This document shows positions 54,006 through 61,750 of a DNA stretch of 64,000 nucleotides, piece after piece. Location of the stretch: NCBI GenBank assembly GCA_022822365.1, contig JAJEBV010000050.1, positions 411 through 64,410 of the forward strand, read 5' to 3'. The stretch comes from Thermoanaerobaculia bacterium. GTDB taxonomy: Bacteria > Acidobacteriota > Thermoanaerobaculia > Multivoradales > Multivoraceae. The notes under the pieces are model-generated. The model made no database searches. It was not told where the DNA came from and saw only the letters and a program-made list of their open reading frames with translations. The position numbers and the translations under genes were made by a program. How positions within the stretch are numbered: position 1 is the first letter of the stretch; each line of letters opens with the position of its first letter.

Positions 54006-54419
54006 CTACGCCGGAGGGATGATGACCCAGTTCGAGTGCTTCGCAAACCATCTCCGGCGGCTCCTCGTCTTCGGACCGCAGACCAAGGCGTGGGCGGTTT
54101 CGTCAGGAAGCGGATCGGGATGGACCGTCTGCTGTTTCTGGCGGAACCTCTTGGCAGTGGTCGACACTAGACCGAAGCCCGGATGCCCGGCCATCACCCG
54201 GTCCGGGCGGCCGCCTTCCGCCACGATGATGTCCTCGCGATAGACAGACATGGGATCCTCGCGACGGTCGTCGTAGAAGGCTGCCGAAGAAAGCCGACGA
54301 CGTCCGCTGTTCTTGTCGGGCACGAAGTGCCTTGGTGGAATCCGCCTCAGCAGGTTCACGTCGTCGTCGATCTCTGGATCGTCGGGAAACCGCGCCCGGC
54401 ACTCTTCGGGCGATGTCAC
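54006..54419 (-). CDS. hypothetical protein (lower-GC islet)
   Basis: Protein-like composition only from about 54419 downward ('VTSPEECRARFPDDPEIDDDVNLLRRIPPRHFVPDK...'). GTG start lies 4 nt after the upstream stop. The 5' part of the track ORF overlaps the previous gene out of frame. Confidence 0.3.
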   Translation of the reverse strand: MTSPEECRARFPDDPEIDDDVNLLRRIPPRHFVPDKNSGRRRLSSAAFYDDRREDPMSVYREDIIVAEGGRPDRVMAGHPGFGLVSTTAKRFRQKQQTVHPDPLPDETAHALVCGPKTRSRRRWFAKHSNWVIIPPA

Positions 54420-54423
54420 GAGG

Positions 54424-54960
54424 TCAGTCTGAAGCCCGAGCCAACCACACGCGAAGGGCGGCGTCATTGGGGGCAAGGACCTCGTCCGCTGTCTCGCCGC
54501 TTGCCACATCTTCGGCAAACCAAGACGGCGGGATGTCGGGGCAGAACTCAACTTCGATATCCACTCCGCCTTGGTGCCATTCGAGTTGGATTCCCCCCGG
54601 AGCCGTCGGTACGACGGCGGGTGACGCCAAGTTCGGGATCGTTGTTGCGGCCTCGAGGAGGAACGTGAGTGCCTCCCTAAGGGACTCCTGAGAGATGGGC
54701 GCGGCATCGTAGGAGTTCCAGCCCCGAGGGAGTTGCAGTAGCTCGGCTGCCCGACGGATCGCCTCAAGTACGGGCTTCGACGGGAGTTGAGCCGCGTCGA
54801 TCAAGACGCGATACGGTCCACTATCAACTCGGAACCGCACCCCGGGCAGAGCAGGATCGCTCGCAAGTTGGCTCGACGCGCTCCACGATGTCGTGTGCTC
54901 GTCCGGCGAACCAAGCGGTTCAGAGAGAATCATGTGGCCCGATTGGGCTGTGTCAAGCAT
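54424..54960 (-). CDS. hypothetical protein (lower-GC islet)
   Basis: 178 aa with balanced composition ('LPRGWNSYDAAPISQESLREALTFLLEAATTIPNL...'). Overlaps the upstream gene by 8 nt. Confidence 0.45.
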   Translation of the reverse strand: MLDTAQSGHMILSEPLGSPDEHTTSWSASSQLASDPALPGVRFRVDSGPYRVLIDAAQLPSKPVLEAIRRAAELLQLPRGWNSYDAAPISQESLREALTFLLEAATTIPNLASPAVVPTAPGGIQLEWHQGGVDIEVEFCPDIPPSWFAEDVASGETADEVLAPNDAALRVWLARASD

Positions 54961-55771
54961 CTGTTCGCTCCCATAGACGATGCATCAAGCCAGTCGTCAG
55001 ATCCGCGAATCCGCGGACGACCCACTCTCGGCCCACGTCGAGAAACCCAAAGGCGCCTTCCAGTCCCTCCCCGGTCGGACGACCCCGCGCCATGAGCCGG
55101 AATGCCCATAGGCGTTTTCCGCTGGAATCCCATGCTGGCTGGACGAAGACGTGTAAGCGGCCGGCTTCATCCGGCATTCGGAATCGCCAGCTCAACGACA
55201 GGTCCTCTGGGACGGGCAGGAAGGAGGACTTCCGAAGCGGCTGCCAGTTCGCGACCAGCTTCTCCACGCGACTGAACTCCGGCTCATCCAGATCGACGTG
55301 GTTCACGTAGGTGACCTCGCACTGGTTGATCGAAAGGCCGTCCAGGCGTTGCTCGTTGAGGAATCCGACAAGAGCACGGACTTCACGCTTGAACTGGTCC
55401 CGAATCGTCTCGTACCGCGGATAGTGGTCCTGTGCACCCGTCTTGCGCCAGTTGTGGACGAATCGGTCAGGCTGAATCTGGAGCAGCTCTGTCTTCTCCT
55501 CGTTCAGAAACCACACACGCGGTGCAGGCGGTTTGTTGCCGAAGGCGATCGAGACCCCCTGGGGAGCAGGCGGGCCGAAATCTTCTTTGGCCGACTCGAG
55601 CGGAGGATGTTCTTCGATAAGAGGAAGTTGCTGCCGGTAGTTGCTCTGCCAGAGGAGCCCGACGTGAGCCGTTGTCAGTCCGGGCAAGGGCTCGAACTGT
55701 ACCGATAGCGCGACCTCCACAAGCGGCGGCTTGCGGAAGTCAGGCAGTCCGGGAGGCCGGCCCTTGGTCAC
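54953..55771 (-). CDS. hypothetical protein, resembles sporadically distributed TIGR04255-type family
   Basis: 272 aa with N-terminal 'PPLVEVALSVQFEP'. The family call rests on memory of the motif only. Confidence 0.45.
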   Translation of the reverse strand: MTKGRPPGLPDFRKPPLVEVALSVQFEPLPGLTTAHVGLLWQSNYRQQLPLIEEHPPLESAKEDFGPPAPQGVSIAFGNKPPAPRVWFLNEEKTELLQIQPDRFVHNWRKTGAQDHYPRYETIRDQFKREVRALVGFLNEQRLDGLSINQCEVTYVNHVDLDEPEFSRVEKLVANWQPLRKSSFLPVPEDLSLSWRFRMPDEAGRLHVFVQPAWDSSGKRLWAFRLMARGRPTGEGLEGAFGFLDVGREWVVRGFADLTTGLMHRLWERTDA

Positions 55772-55906
55772 AGTTCAGATGACGAGCGTTGCGGGGGCAC
55801 GTGCCGAAGCCGAGTACAGCAGAGCTTGAACCCTACCGAGCGAATCAAGACGGTATCACTTGGGCGAAGAGGCGCTGCGCCAGCCCCAAAACGGTCCGTG
55901 CGCCCG

Positions 55907-56800
55907 TCATCGAGCACGCGGATGCCAGTCCGGCGAACCCAGCCGCGTCTGATCGCCGACAATCTCCGCCAGCACCGGCTCGATGTACCCGAAGAACCGC
56001 TCCGGGTCCTCCGACATCGGGAAGTGGCCTAGGCCCTCCATCGTCCGGTACGTCGCGCCCTTGATCTGGCTCGCGACTTCTTCGGACGCCTCCGGCGGCG
56101 TCGCAGCGTCATACTCGCCGGTCAGCAGGAACACCCGCGTCTGCGAGGTGTCGATCTCCGACGCCCGGTCGCCCAGATCGTGGTCGGTGCCCCAGTAGAA
56201 GAGGTCGCCCCGGAACACCCGCGGCGCGCCCTGGCTGTAGCACCAGCCGACCTCGCGGCGGAAGGCCTCCGGCGCCTTGGGCGAGGTGATCCCGATCATC
56301 AGGTCGCTCTTGTAGCCGTTGTTGATCTCGGGGTGGTCGAGCAGGTCGATGTTGCCGGGGTCCGACTTGATCGCTGCCTCCAGCCCGATGACGGCCTGGA
56401 ACAGGCCTGGCCGGTGCAGCGCCAGGTCGAGGGCCAGGTGGCCGCCGATCGAGCTGCCCATGTAGACCGGGTCTTCGAGCTGGAGTTCGCCAACGAAGCC
56501 GGCGACGAAGTCGAGCAGGAAGCTCTTCGTCAGCCTGTACTCCTGCTTCCACCACTCGACGCCCGTGGGCGGCACGGACTTGGCGTGGTAGGGCAGGTCG
56601 TAGGCCAGCAGGTGGTAGTGCCGGCCGATCCGCTCGTCCTCTAGCTGGTGGCGCCACTGGCGGCCGTCGGAACCGGCGGTGTGCTGCAGGACCAGCGGAA
56701 TACCGTCCGGGTTCCCGGCCGACTCGAAGTAGACCTCGTAGGAAACGCCCTGGACTTCGAGGTCCAGGTAGCGGCCGACCCGCTTCGCGAACGTGGGCAT
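55907..56800 (-). CDS. alpha/beta-fold hydrolase
   Basis: 'VLQHTAGSDGRQW' and nucleophile elbow 'GSSIGG'. Asp/His later ('GEYD', 'GHFPMSEDP'). Confidence 0.8.
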   Translation of the reverse strand: MPTFAKRVGRYLDLEVQGVSYEVYFESAGNPDGIPLVLQHTAGSDGRQWRHQLEDERIGRHYHLLAYDLPYHAKSVPPTGVEWWKQEYRLTKSFLLDFVAGFVGELQLEDPVYMGSSIGGHLALDLALHRPGLFQAVIGLEAAIKSDPGNIDLLDHPEINNGYKSDLMIGITSPKAPEAFRREVGWCYSQGAPRVFRGDLFYWGTDHDLGDRASEIDTSQTRVFLLTGEYDAATPPEASEEVASQIKGATYRTMEGLGHFPMSEDPERFFGYIEPVLAEIVGDQTRLGSPDWHPRAR

Positions 56801-56858
56801 CAGGCACGTCTCCCGGTTGTCGCGGCGGCGTACGCCCGGCGGCGCGCGAACGTAGGCA

Positions 56859-57203
56859 TCAGGCCGCCGCCCGTTGGTCGCCGAGCAGCATCCGCTTCAC
56901 GTCGCCGTCCGTCTTCTGGCTCAGGATGAAGAGGTAGAGCGTCAGGAACGGCACGCCGAAGAAGAGAGCGACGACGGCGAGCAGGAGGCCGCCCGGGGAG
57001 AAACCGTTGCGCCACGCGACCCACAGCCCCGACAGGGTGAGGAATCCCATGAAGTCGAGGTTGAACTGGCCGTTCCAGGTCATCGCGGCGATGTCGCCGA
57101 AGAAGATCTGGAGCAGGCCCAGGCCGTGCTCCATGGCGACGAACACCGTGTAGACGACGATCACGCCGAAGACGGCGCCGAGAAACAGGCGAAACGCGTT
57201 CAT
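56859..57203 (-). CDS. small integral membrane protein (3 TM)
   Basis: 'MNAFRLFLGAVFGVIVVYTVFVAMEHGLGLLQIFFGDIAAMTWNGQFNLDFMGFLTLSGLWVAW...'. ATG overlaps the upstream stop in 'ATGA'. Confidence 0.5.
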   Translation of the reverse strand: MNAFRLFLGAVFGVIVVYTVFVAMEHGLGLLQIFFGDIAAMTWNGQFNLDFMGFLTLSGLWVAWRNGFSPGGLLLAVVALFFGVPFLTLYLFILSQKTDGDVKRMLLGDQRAAA

Positions 57204-57586
57204 GCGGAAGCTCCCTCGGTTGGGTTGGACATCTCGCGCAGCACCCCGACCAGCCGGCGCAGCGCCGGGTAGTACGCGGCGTACGCGAGCTGATCGTGGT
57301 TCATCTCGATGCCGTGGTGCACGCTGGCGAAGAACGGGTCCTGGTAGAAGGGCCGCGGCACCTTGCGCAGCAGTTCGCGCCACTCCTCCTCCGGTCCGGC
57401 GAGGAACACGTCGGACGCCGTGTCCGCCTCGCACGGCTCGAGCGCGGCGACCGCGCCGTCCTCGAAGCGGATCGCGTGGTGCGTGTCGCCCACGCTGAGG
57501 CGCAGGCTCGCCGTCCAGTGCCGGATCGTGTACCGGAACTCGGCGTCCTGCTCCAGGGTCGATTTCAGGTTGTTCCAGGGAATCAT
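57200..57586 (-). CDS. hypothetical cytoplasmic protein (128 aa)
   Basis: Starts 'MIPWNNLKSTLEQDAEFRYTIRHW...'. The upstream 68 codons of the track ORF are read-through of the full repeat element. Confidence 0.45.
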   Translation of the reverse strand: MIPWNNLKSTLEQDAEFRYTIRHWTASLRLSVGDTHHAIRFEDGAVAALEPCEADTASDVFLAGPEEEWRELLRKVPRPFYQDPFFASVHHGIEMNHDQLAYAAYYPALRRLVGVLREMSNPTEGASA

Positions 57587-57610
57587 CCGGGAATCGTAGC
57601 GCGGCAACCT

Positions 57611-57796
57611 CCGCTGGGTACGCGGGTCTTCTGACCCGCCCCGGGTGAAGCCGCGGAGCGGCGGAGCCCGGAGCAAGGCGGCCGCCGGCGAAGCCGGCGA
57701 CGATACTGAAGCCGCCCGGAGGGAAGGTCGGCCCTCCGGCCGGCGTTTCAAAGCCGCCTTCGGCGGCAGCGGGTCAGAAGACCCGCGCACCCAGCA
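57611..57796. repeat. REP/MITE-like full element (R-arm + about 125-bp spacer-1 + F-arm), direct copy of 58251..58436
   Basis: 'CCGCTGGGTACGCGGGTCTTCTGACCCGCCCCGGGTGAAGCCGCGGAGCGGCGGAGCCCGGAG...GGCCGGCGTTTCAAAGCCGCCTTCGGCGGCAGCGGGTCAGAAGACCCGCGCACCCAGCAG', about 95% identical to the second copy. Confidence 0.9.
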
Positions 57797-57803
57797 GAAC
57801 TTC

Positions 57804-58166
57804 TCAGCCGGCGCGGGCGCCGTTCGGGACCGGGCGCTCGGGAGTCAGCAACGCTGGAAGAAGACCATCCTCATAGCCGACATCGAACAGCATGCCCTGC
57901 GAGGTGATCCCCATCATCTTCCTCGGCTCCAGGTTGACGATGAACAACGCCTGCCGACCTTCGATCTCGGTCGGGTCCTCGCGCTCCTGTTTCATCCCCG
58001 CGAGGATCGTCCGCTTGTGGTCGCCGAAATCGACCTCGAGTCGCACGAGCCTCGTCGATCCTTCGACCTCGCTGACGCTCTCGATCGTGCCGACGCGGGC
58101 GTCCACCTGATTGACGACACCGATGTCGATGGCGGGCTTCACCGGTGCGGGCTTCATCTCTTCCAA
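57804..58166 (-). CDS. tRNA-binding domain protein (CsaA / Myf-domain type)
   Basis: SD 'GGGAGA' precedes ATG. 'IDIGVVNQVD...LVRLEVDFGD...ILAGM' is typical of the OB-fold tRNA-binding (EMAP/CsaA) domain. Confidence 0.7.
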   Translation of the reverse strand: MEEMKPAPVKPAIDIGVVNQVDARVGTIESVSEVEGSTRLVRLEVDFGDHKRTILAGMKQEREDPTEIEGRQALFIVNLEPRKMMGITSQGMLFDVGYEDGLLPALLTPERPVPNGARAG

Positions 58167-58250
58167 GACCGATCCTCCCTTGTGGCCGTTCGAGCCGGCG
58201 AAGCGTACCGGGAGACCGAGGCATGAGTAGCTGGGCGTGCGGGGTCCACT

Positions 58251-58436
58251 TCCGCTGGGTGCGCGGGTCTTCTGACCCGCCCCGGGCGGAGCCGCGGAGC
58301 GGCGGAGCCCGGAGGAAACTGCCGCCGGCGAAGCCGGCGACGATACTGAAGCCGCCCGGAGGAAGGTCGGCCTTCGGCCGGCGTTTCAAGGCCGCCTTCG
58401 GCGGCAGCGGGTCAGAAGACCCGCGCACCCAGCAGA
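58251..58436. repeat. REP/MITE-like full element (direct repeat of 57611..57796)
   Basis: Same arms and spacer as the first copy. The two copies bracket the csaA-like gene. Confidence 0.9.
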
Positions 58437-58488
58437 GGCAGCCAGCGGAGGGGCGATCGCCACCCCTCGTGGTAGAAACTTCGCCGCA

Positions 58489-58983
58489 ATGCCAGACCCT
58501 GACTTCTCCACCTTCCCCCTCAAGAAGAAGGGCAACCGCTACCAGGACTTCGAGGAAGGCCGCACCTTCCAGCACCACTGGGGCCGCACCCTCACCGAGG
58601 CGGACAACGCGCTCTTCGCCACGTCGACGATGCGGTTCACGCCGCTCTACTTCAACGCCGAGTACGCGCGCGCCCATGGCCACGACTCGGTCGTCATCGA
58701 CCCGCTGCTCGTGCTTTGCACCGTGGTCGGCATGTCGGTCGAAGACCTCTCCGAGGGCGGCGGGCCGTTCCTCGGCGTCAACCAGGTGAAGTTCCACCGG
58801 CCGGTCTACCCGGGCGACACGATCACCGCCACGAGCCGCGTCGTCGGCCGCCGCGAGTCCGGCTCGCGCCCCGCCTTCGGCATCGTCACCTGGGAAACCG
58901 AGGCCCTCAACCAGCACGGCGACATCGTCGTCAGCTACCAGCGCACCAACCTCGTCGCCAAGCGCCGGGAGCCCGCGTCATGA
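58489..58983 (+). CDS. MaoC-like (R)-hydratase/dehydratase (enoyl-CoA hydratase, hot-dog fold)
   Basis: 164 aa with hot-dog hydratase signature around 'HGDIVVSYQRT'. Confidence 0.75.
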   Translation: MPDPDFSTFPLKKKGNRYQDFEEGRTFQHHWGRTLTEADNALFATSTMRFTPLYFNAEYARAHGHDSVVIDPLLVLCTVVGMSVEDLSEGGGPFLGVNQVKFHRPVYPGDTITATSRVVGRRESGSRPAFGIVTWETEALNQHGDIVVSYQRTNLVAKRREPAS

Positions 58984-59053
58984 CGGCCGCCACTGGGTGC
59001 GCCGGCCTTCTGGCCGGCTTTCCGGCCTCCGCACCGTGCGTGGAACCAACGCC

Positions 59054-59527
59054 ATGACCGCGACGCTCACCTCCGGCACGACCTACTTCGAAGACTTCAC
59101 CGCCGGCCAGAAGATGCGGCACGCCCGCAGCACCACCATCGAAGAAGTCGAAAGCCAGCTCCTCACCAAGCTCGTCATGAACACCGCCGACGGCCACTTC
59201 GACGAGCACAAGATGAAGGCGTCCCCCTTCGGCCAGCGCCTCGTCTTCGGCCTCGTCACCGGCTCCACCGTCATCGGCCTGGCCACCCAGGACACGGCCG
59301 AGAACGCGCTCGCCGAGCTCGGCCTCGACAGGATGCGCTTCCGCGCGCCGGTCTTCCTCGGCGACTCGCTGACTGCCTACACCGAGGTGCTCGAGGTCCG
59401 CGACGCCGACCGCGACGACGCCGGCGTCGTCCGCTTCAAGCACTGGGGCACGAAGCAGGACGGCACGATCGTCTTCGAAGGCGAGCGCGAGGTCCTGATC
59501 AAGCGCCGCTCGCACTGGGGGTCGTAG
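59054..59527 (+). CDS. MaoC-like hot-dog fold protein (second hydratase subunit)
   Basis: Start at ATG 59054 ('MTATLTSGTTYFEDFTAGQ'). Short B-type repeat 58991-59040 lies immediately upstream. The track ORF starts 19 codons earlier inside the repeat. Confidence 0.7.
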   Translation: MTATLTSGTTYFEDFTAGQKMRHARSTTIEEVESQLLTKLVMNTADGHFDEHKMKASPFGQRLVFGLVTGSTVIGLATQDTAENALAELGLDRMRFRAPVFLGDSLTAYTEVLEVRDADRDDAGVVRFKHWGTKQDGTIVFEGEREVLIKRRSHWGS

Positions 59528-60759
59528 TGGGCCCAGCCACAGGCCCCCTCTCCGACATCGTCATCATCGACTGCACGATGGCGCTCGCCGGGCCATTCGG
59601 CTCGGCCATCCTCGCCGACCTCGGGGCCGACGTGATCAAGGTCGAGCCGCCGACGGGCGACATGTCGCGGCCGTCCCCGCCGATCCCCGAGGACTTCATC
59701 CACCCCGCCCAGGGCAAGGCCGGGGTCGACGGGGGCTGCGACTTCGGCGGCTACTTCGGCAGCATCAACCGCAACAAGCGCAGCATCGCCCTCAACCTGA
59801 AGGACGAAGCCGACCGCGAGACCTTCCTCCGCCTGTGCGAGCAGGCCGACGCCGTGCTCGAGAACATGCGCGCCGGCGTGATGGACCGGCTCGGGCTGAG
59901 CTACGAGGTCATCCGCGAGCGCAACGCGCGAATCGTCTACGCGGCGCTCCGCGGCTTCGGCGACCCGCGGACCGGCGAGAGCCCCTACGCCGACTGGCCC
60001 GCCTTCGACATCGTGGCCCAGGCGATGGGCGGCTTCGCCCACGTCAACGGCCCCCGGGGCGACGGCGACCGTCCCGGCGGCGGCTACCCCGGCGGCGCCT
60101 CCGTCGGCGACCTGTTCCCCGGGGCGCTGATGGCGCTCGGCGTCGTCGCCGGGGTGCACCACGCGCGGCGGACCGGCAAGGGCCAGTTCATGGACGTCGC
60201 CATGATCGACGGCGTCAACCTCCTGTGCGAGTCCGTGTTCGCGAACTACGGCTCCGCCAGGCGCCACCAGCTCCCGCCGCGCGGCAAGCACCACCACAGC
60301 CTGAGCCCGTTCGGCATCTACGACGCGAAGGACGGCGGCGTGGCCATCGCCGCGCCCCTGCCGGCGCAGTGGGAGATCCTGTGCCGGGAGATGGGACGGC
60401 CCGACCTGGTCGACGACGAACGCACCAGCGACTTCGCCGCCCGCCGCGACAACCGGGACTACGTCGAAGGCGTCGTCGCCGGGTGGACCGGCTCGCTCAC
60501 CCGCGCCGAGGTCGTCGACGCGCTGGCCGGCCGGGTCCCCTGCGGCCCCGTGCAGACCGCGGCCGACATCTTCGAGAGCCCCCACACCGCGGTCCGCGAG
60601 ATGGTCGCCGAGATCGAGCTCCCGGGCGACAACGCGCCGGTCAAGATCGTCGGCAGCCCGATCAAGTACACCGAAACGAAGACCGGCGTGCGCCGGCGGG
60701 CGCCCCTGCTCGACGAGCACCACGACGAGATCCTCGCCCAGTTCGGGATCAAGGCCTGA
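59527..60759 (+). CDS. family III CoA-transferase (CaiB/BaiF)
   Basis: GTG start overlaps the upstream stop. 'IIDCTMALAGPFGSAILADLGADVIKVE' N-terminus and the conserved Asp region 'GRPDLVDDER' characteristic of family III. Confidence 0.85.
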   Translation: MGPATGPLSDIVIIDCTMALAGPFGSAILADLGADVIKVEPPTGDMSRPSPPIPEDFIHPAQGKAGVDGGCDFGGYFGSINRNKRSIALNLKDEADRETFLRLCEQADAVLENMRAGVMDRLGLSYEVIRERNARIVYAALRGFGDPRTGESPYADWPAFDIVAQAMGGFAHVNGPRGDGDRPGGGYPGGASVGDLFPGALMALGVVAGVHHARRTGKGQFMDVAMIDGVNLLCESVFANYGSARRHQLPPRGKHHHSLSPFGIYDAKDGGVAIAAPLPAQWEILCREMGRPDLVDDERTSDFAARRDNRDYVEGVVAGWTGSLTRAEVVDALAGRVPCGPVQTAADIFESPHTAVREMVAEIELPGDNAPVKIVGSPIKYTETKTGVRRRAPLLDEHHDEILAQFGIKA

Positions 60760-60778
60760 GATCAAGGAGTAAGGACAC

Positions 60779-61681
60779 ATGCGACTGAGACGCTCCGAAC
60801 TGGCCGTGCCCGCCAGCAACCCGCGGATGGTCGAGAAGTCGGCGCAGAGCGACGCCGACCTCGTCTTCCTCGACCTGGAAGACGCCGTCGCCCCCGACAG
60901 GAAGGAAGGCGCGCGCCAGATCGCCATCGACGGCCTGAACGACCTCGACTGGGGCAGCAAGGTGCGCTCCGTGCGCGTCAACGACCACACCACCCGCTGG
61001 GCCGTCGACGACATGATCAGCATGGTCGAAGGCGCGGGCGAGAACATCGACGTCATCATCCTGCCCAAGGTCAAGCAGCCCCGCGACGTCTGGTTCTTCG
61101 AGACGATGCTCGACGGCCTCGAACAGAAGCTCGGTCTTACGCGCCAAATCGGCCTAGAAGCGCTGATCGAAGAAGCCGAAGGCCTCGCCAACGTGGAGGC
61201 CATCGCCACCTGCTCACCCCGCCTCGAAGCCCTGATCCTCGGCTTCGGCGACCTCTCCGCCAGCATGGGCATGCGCTTCGGCCACGAGCTCGACAAGGAC
61301 TTCCGCTACCCCGGCGACATGTGGTCCGCCCACCGCGTCCGCATGATCGCCGCCTGCCGCGCCGCCGGCATCGACGCCATCGACGGCCCCTTCGGCGACT
61401 TCAGGAACGACAAGGCCTACCTCAAGCAGGCCACCTGGTCCGCCAGCCTAGGCGCCGTCGGCAAGTGGTGCATCCATCCCGACCAGATTCCGCTGGCCAA
61501 CGACGTCTTCGCCCCGTCGCCCAGGGAGATCGAGCAGGCGCAGAAGATGGTCGATCTCTACAACGAGTCCGTGGCGAAGGGGGCCGGGGCTGGAGGCAAG
61601 GGGGGGCAGTTGGTGGATGCGGCTACGTTGCGGATCTATGAGCCGGTGTTGGAGAGGGCGCGGGCTACTGGGCGGTTGTAG
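60779..61681 (+). CDS. HpcH/HpaI-CitE-family acyl-CoA lyase (malyl-/citramalyl-CoA lyase-like)
   Basis: 300 aa. 'LDLEDAVAPDRKEGAR' and 'LILGFGDLSASMG' CitE-like motifs. Confidence 0.8.
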   Translation: MRLRRSELAVPASNPRMVEKSAQSDADLVFLDLEDAVAPDRKEGARQIAIDGLNDLDWGSKVRSVRVNDHTTRWAVDDMISMVEGAGENIDVIILPKVKQPRDVWFFETMLDGLEQKLGLTRQIGLEALIEEAEGLANVEAIATCSPRLEALILGFGDLSASMGMRFGHELDKDFRYPGDMWSAHRVRMIAACRAAGIDAIDGPFGDFRNDKAYLKQATWSASLGAVGKWCIHPDQIPLANDVFAPSPREIEQAQKMVDLYNESVAKGAGAGGKGGQLVDAATLRIYEPVLERARATGRL

Positions 61682-61750
61682 GGCTGGCGCTTGGCGTCTC
61701 TGCGGCAACAACCAAGTGCGCCGGCACCCTCGTCGTCCCACGAAACGGCG

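Noticed and set aside
2291-58436. Possible CRISPR array, given the many short palindromic repeats
   Set aside because: The copies are irregularly spaced (kilobases apart), differ in orientation and are not separated by uniform short spacers. No cas genes are present. They fit REP/MITE-like elements, not CRISPR.
2324-58436. The '[14 protein letters not shown]' / '[11 protein letters not shown]' peptides recurring in many ORFs, as a conserved protein domain
   Set aside because: They are the two open reading frames of the same DNA repeat in opposite orientations. This is an artefact of the repeat, except where the repeat plausibly contributes a real N-terminal leader (see findings).
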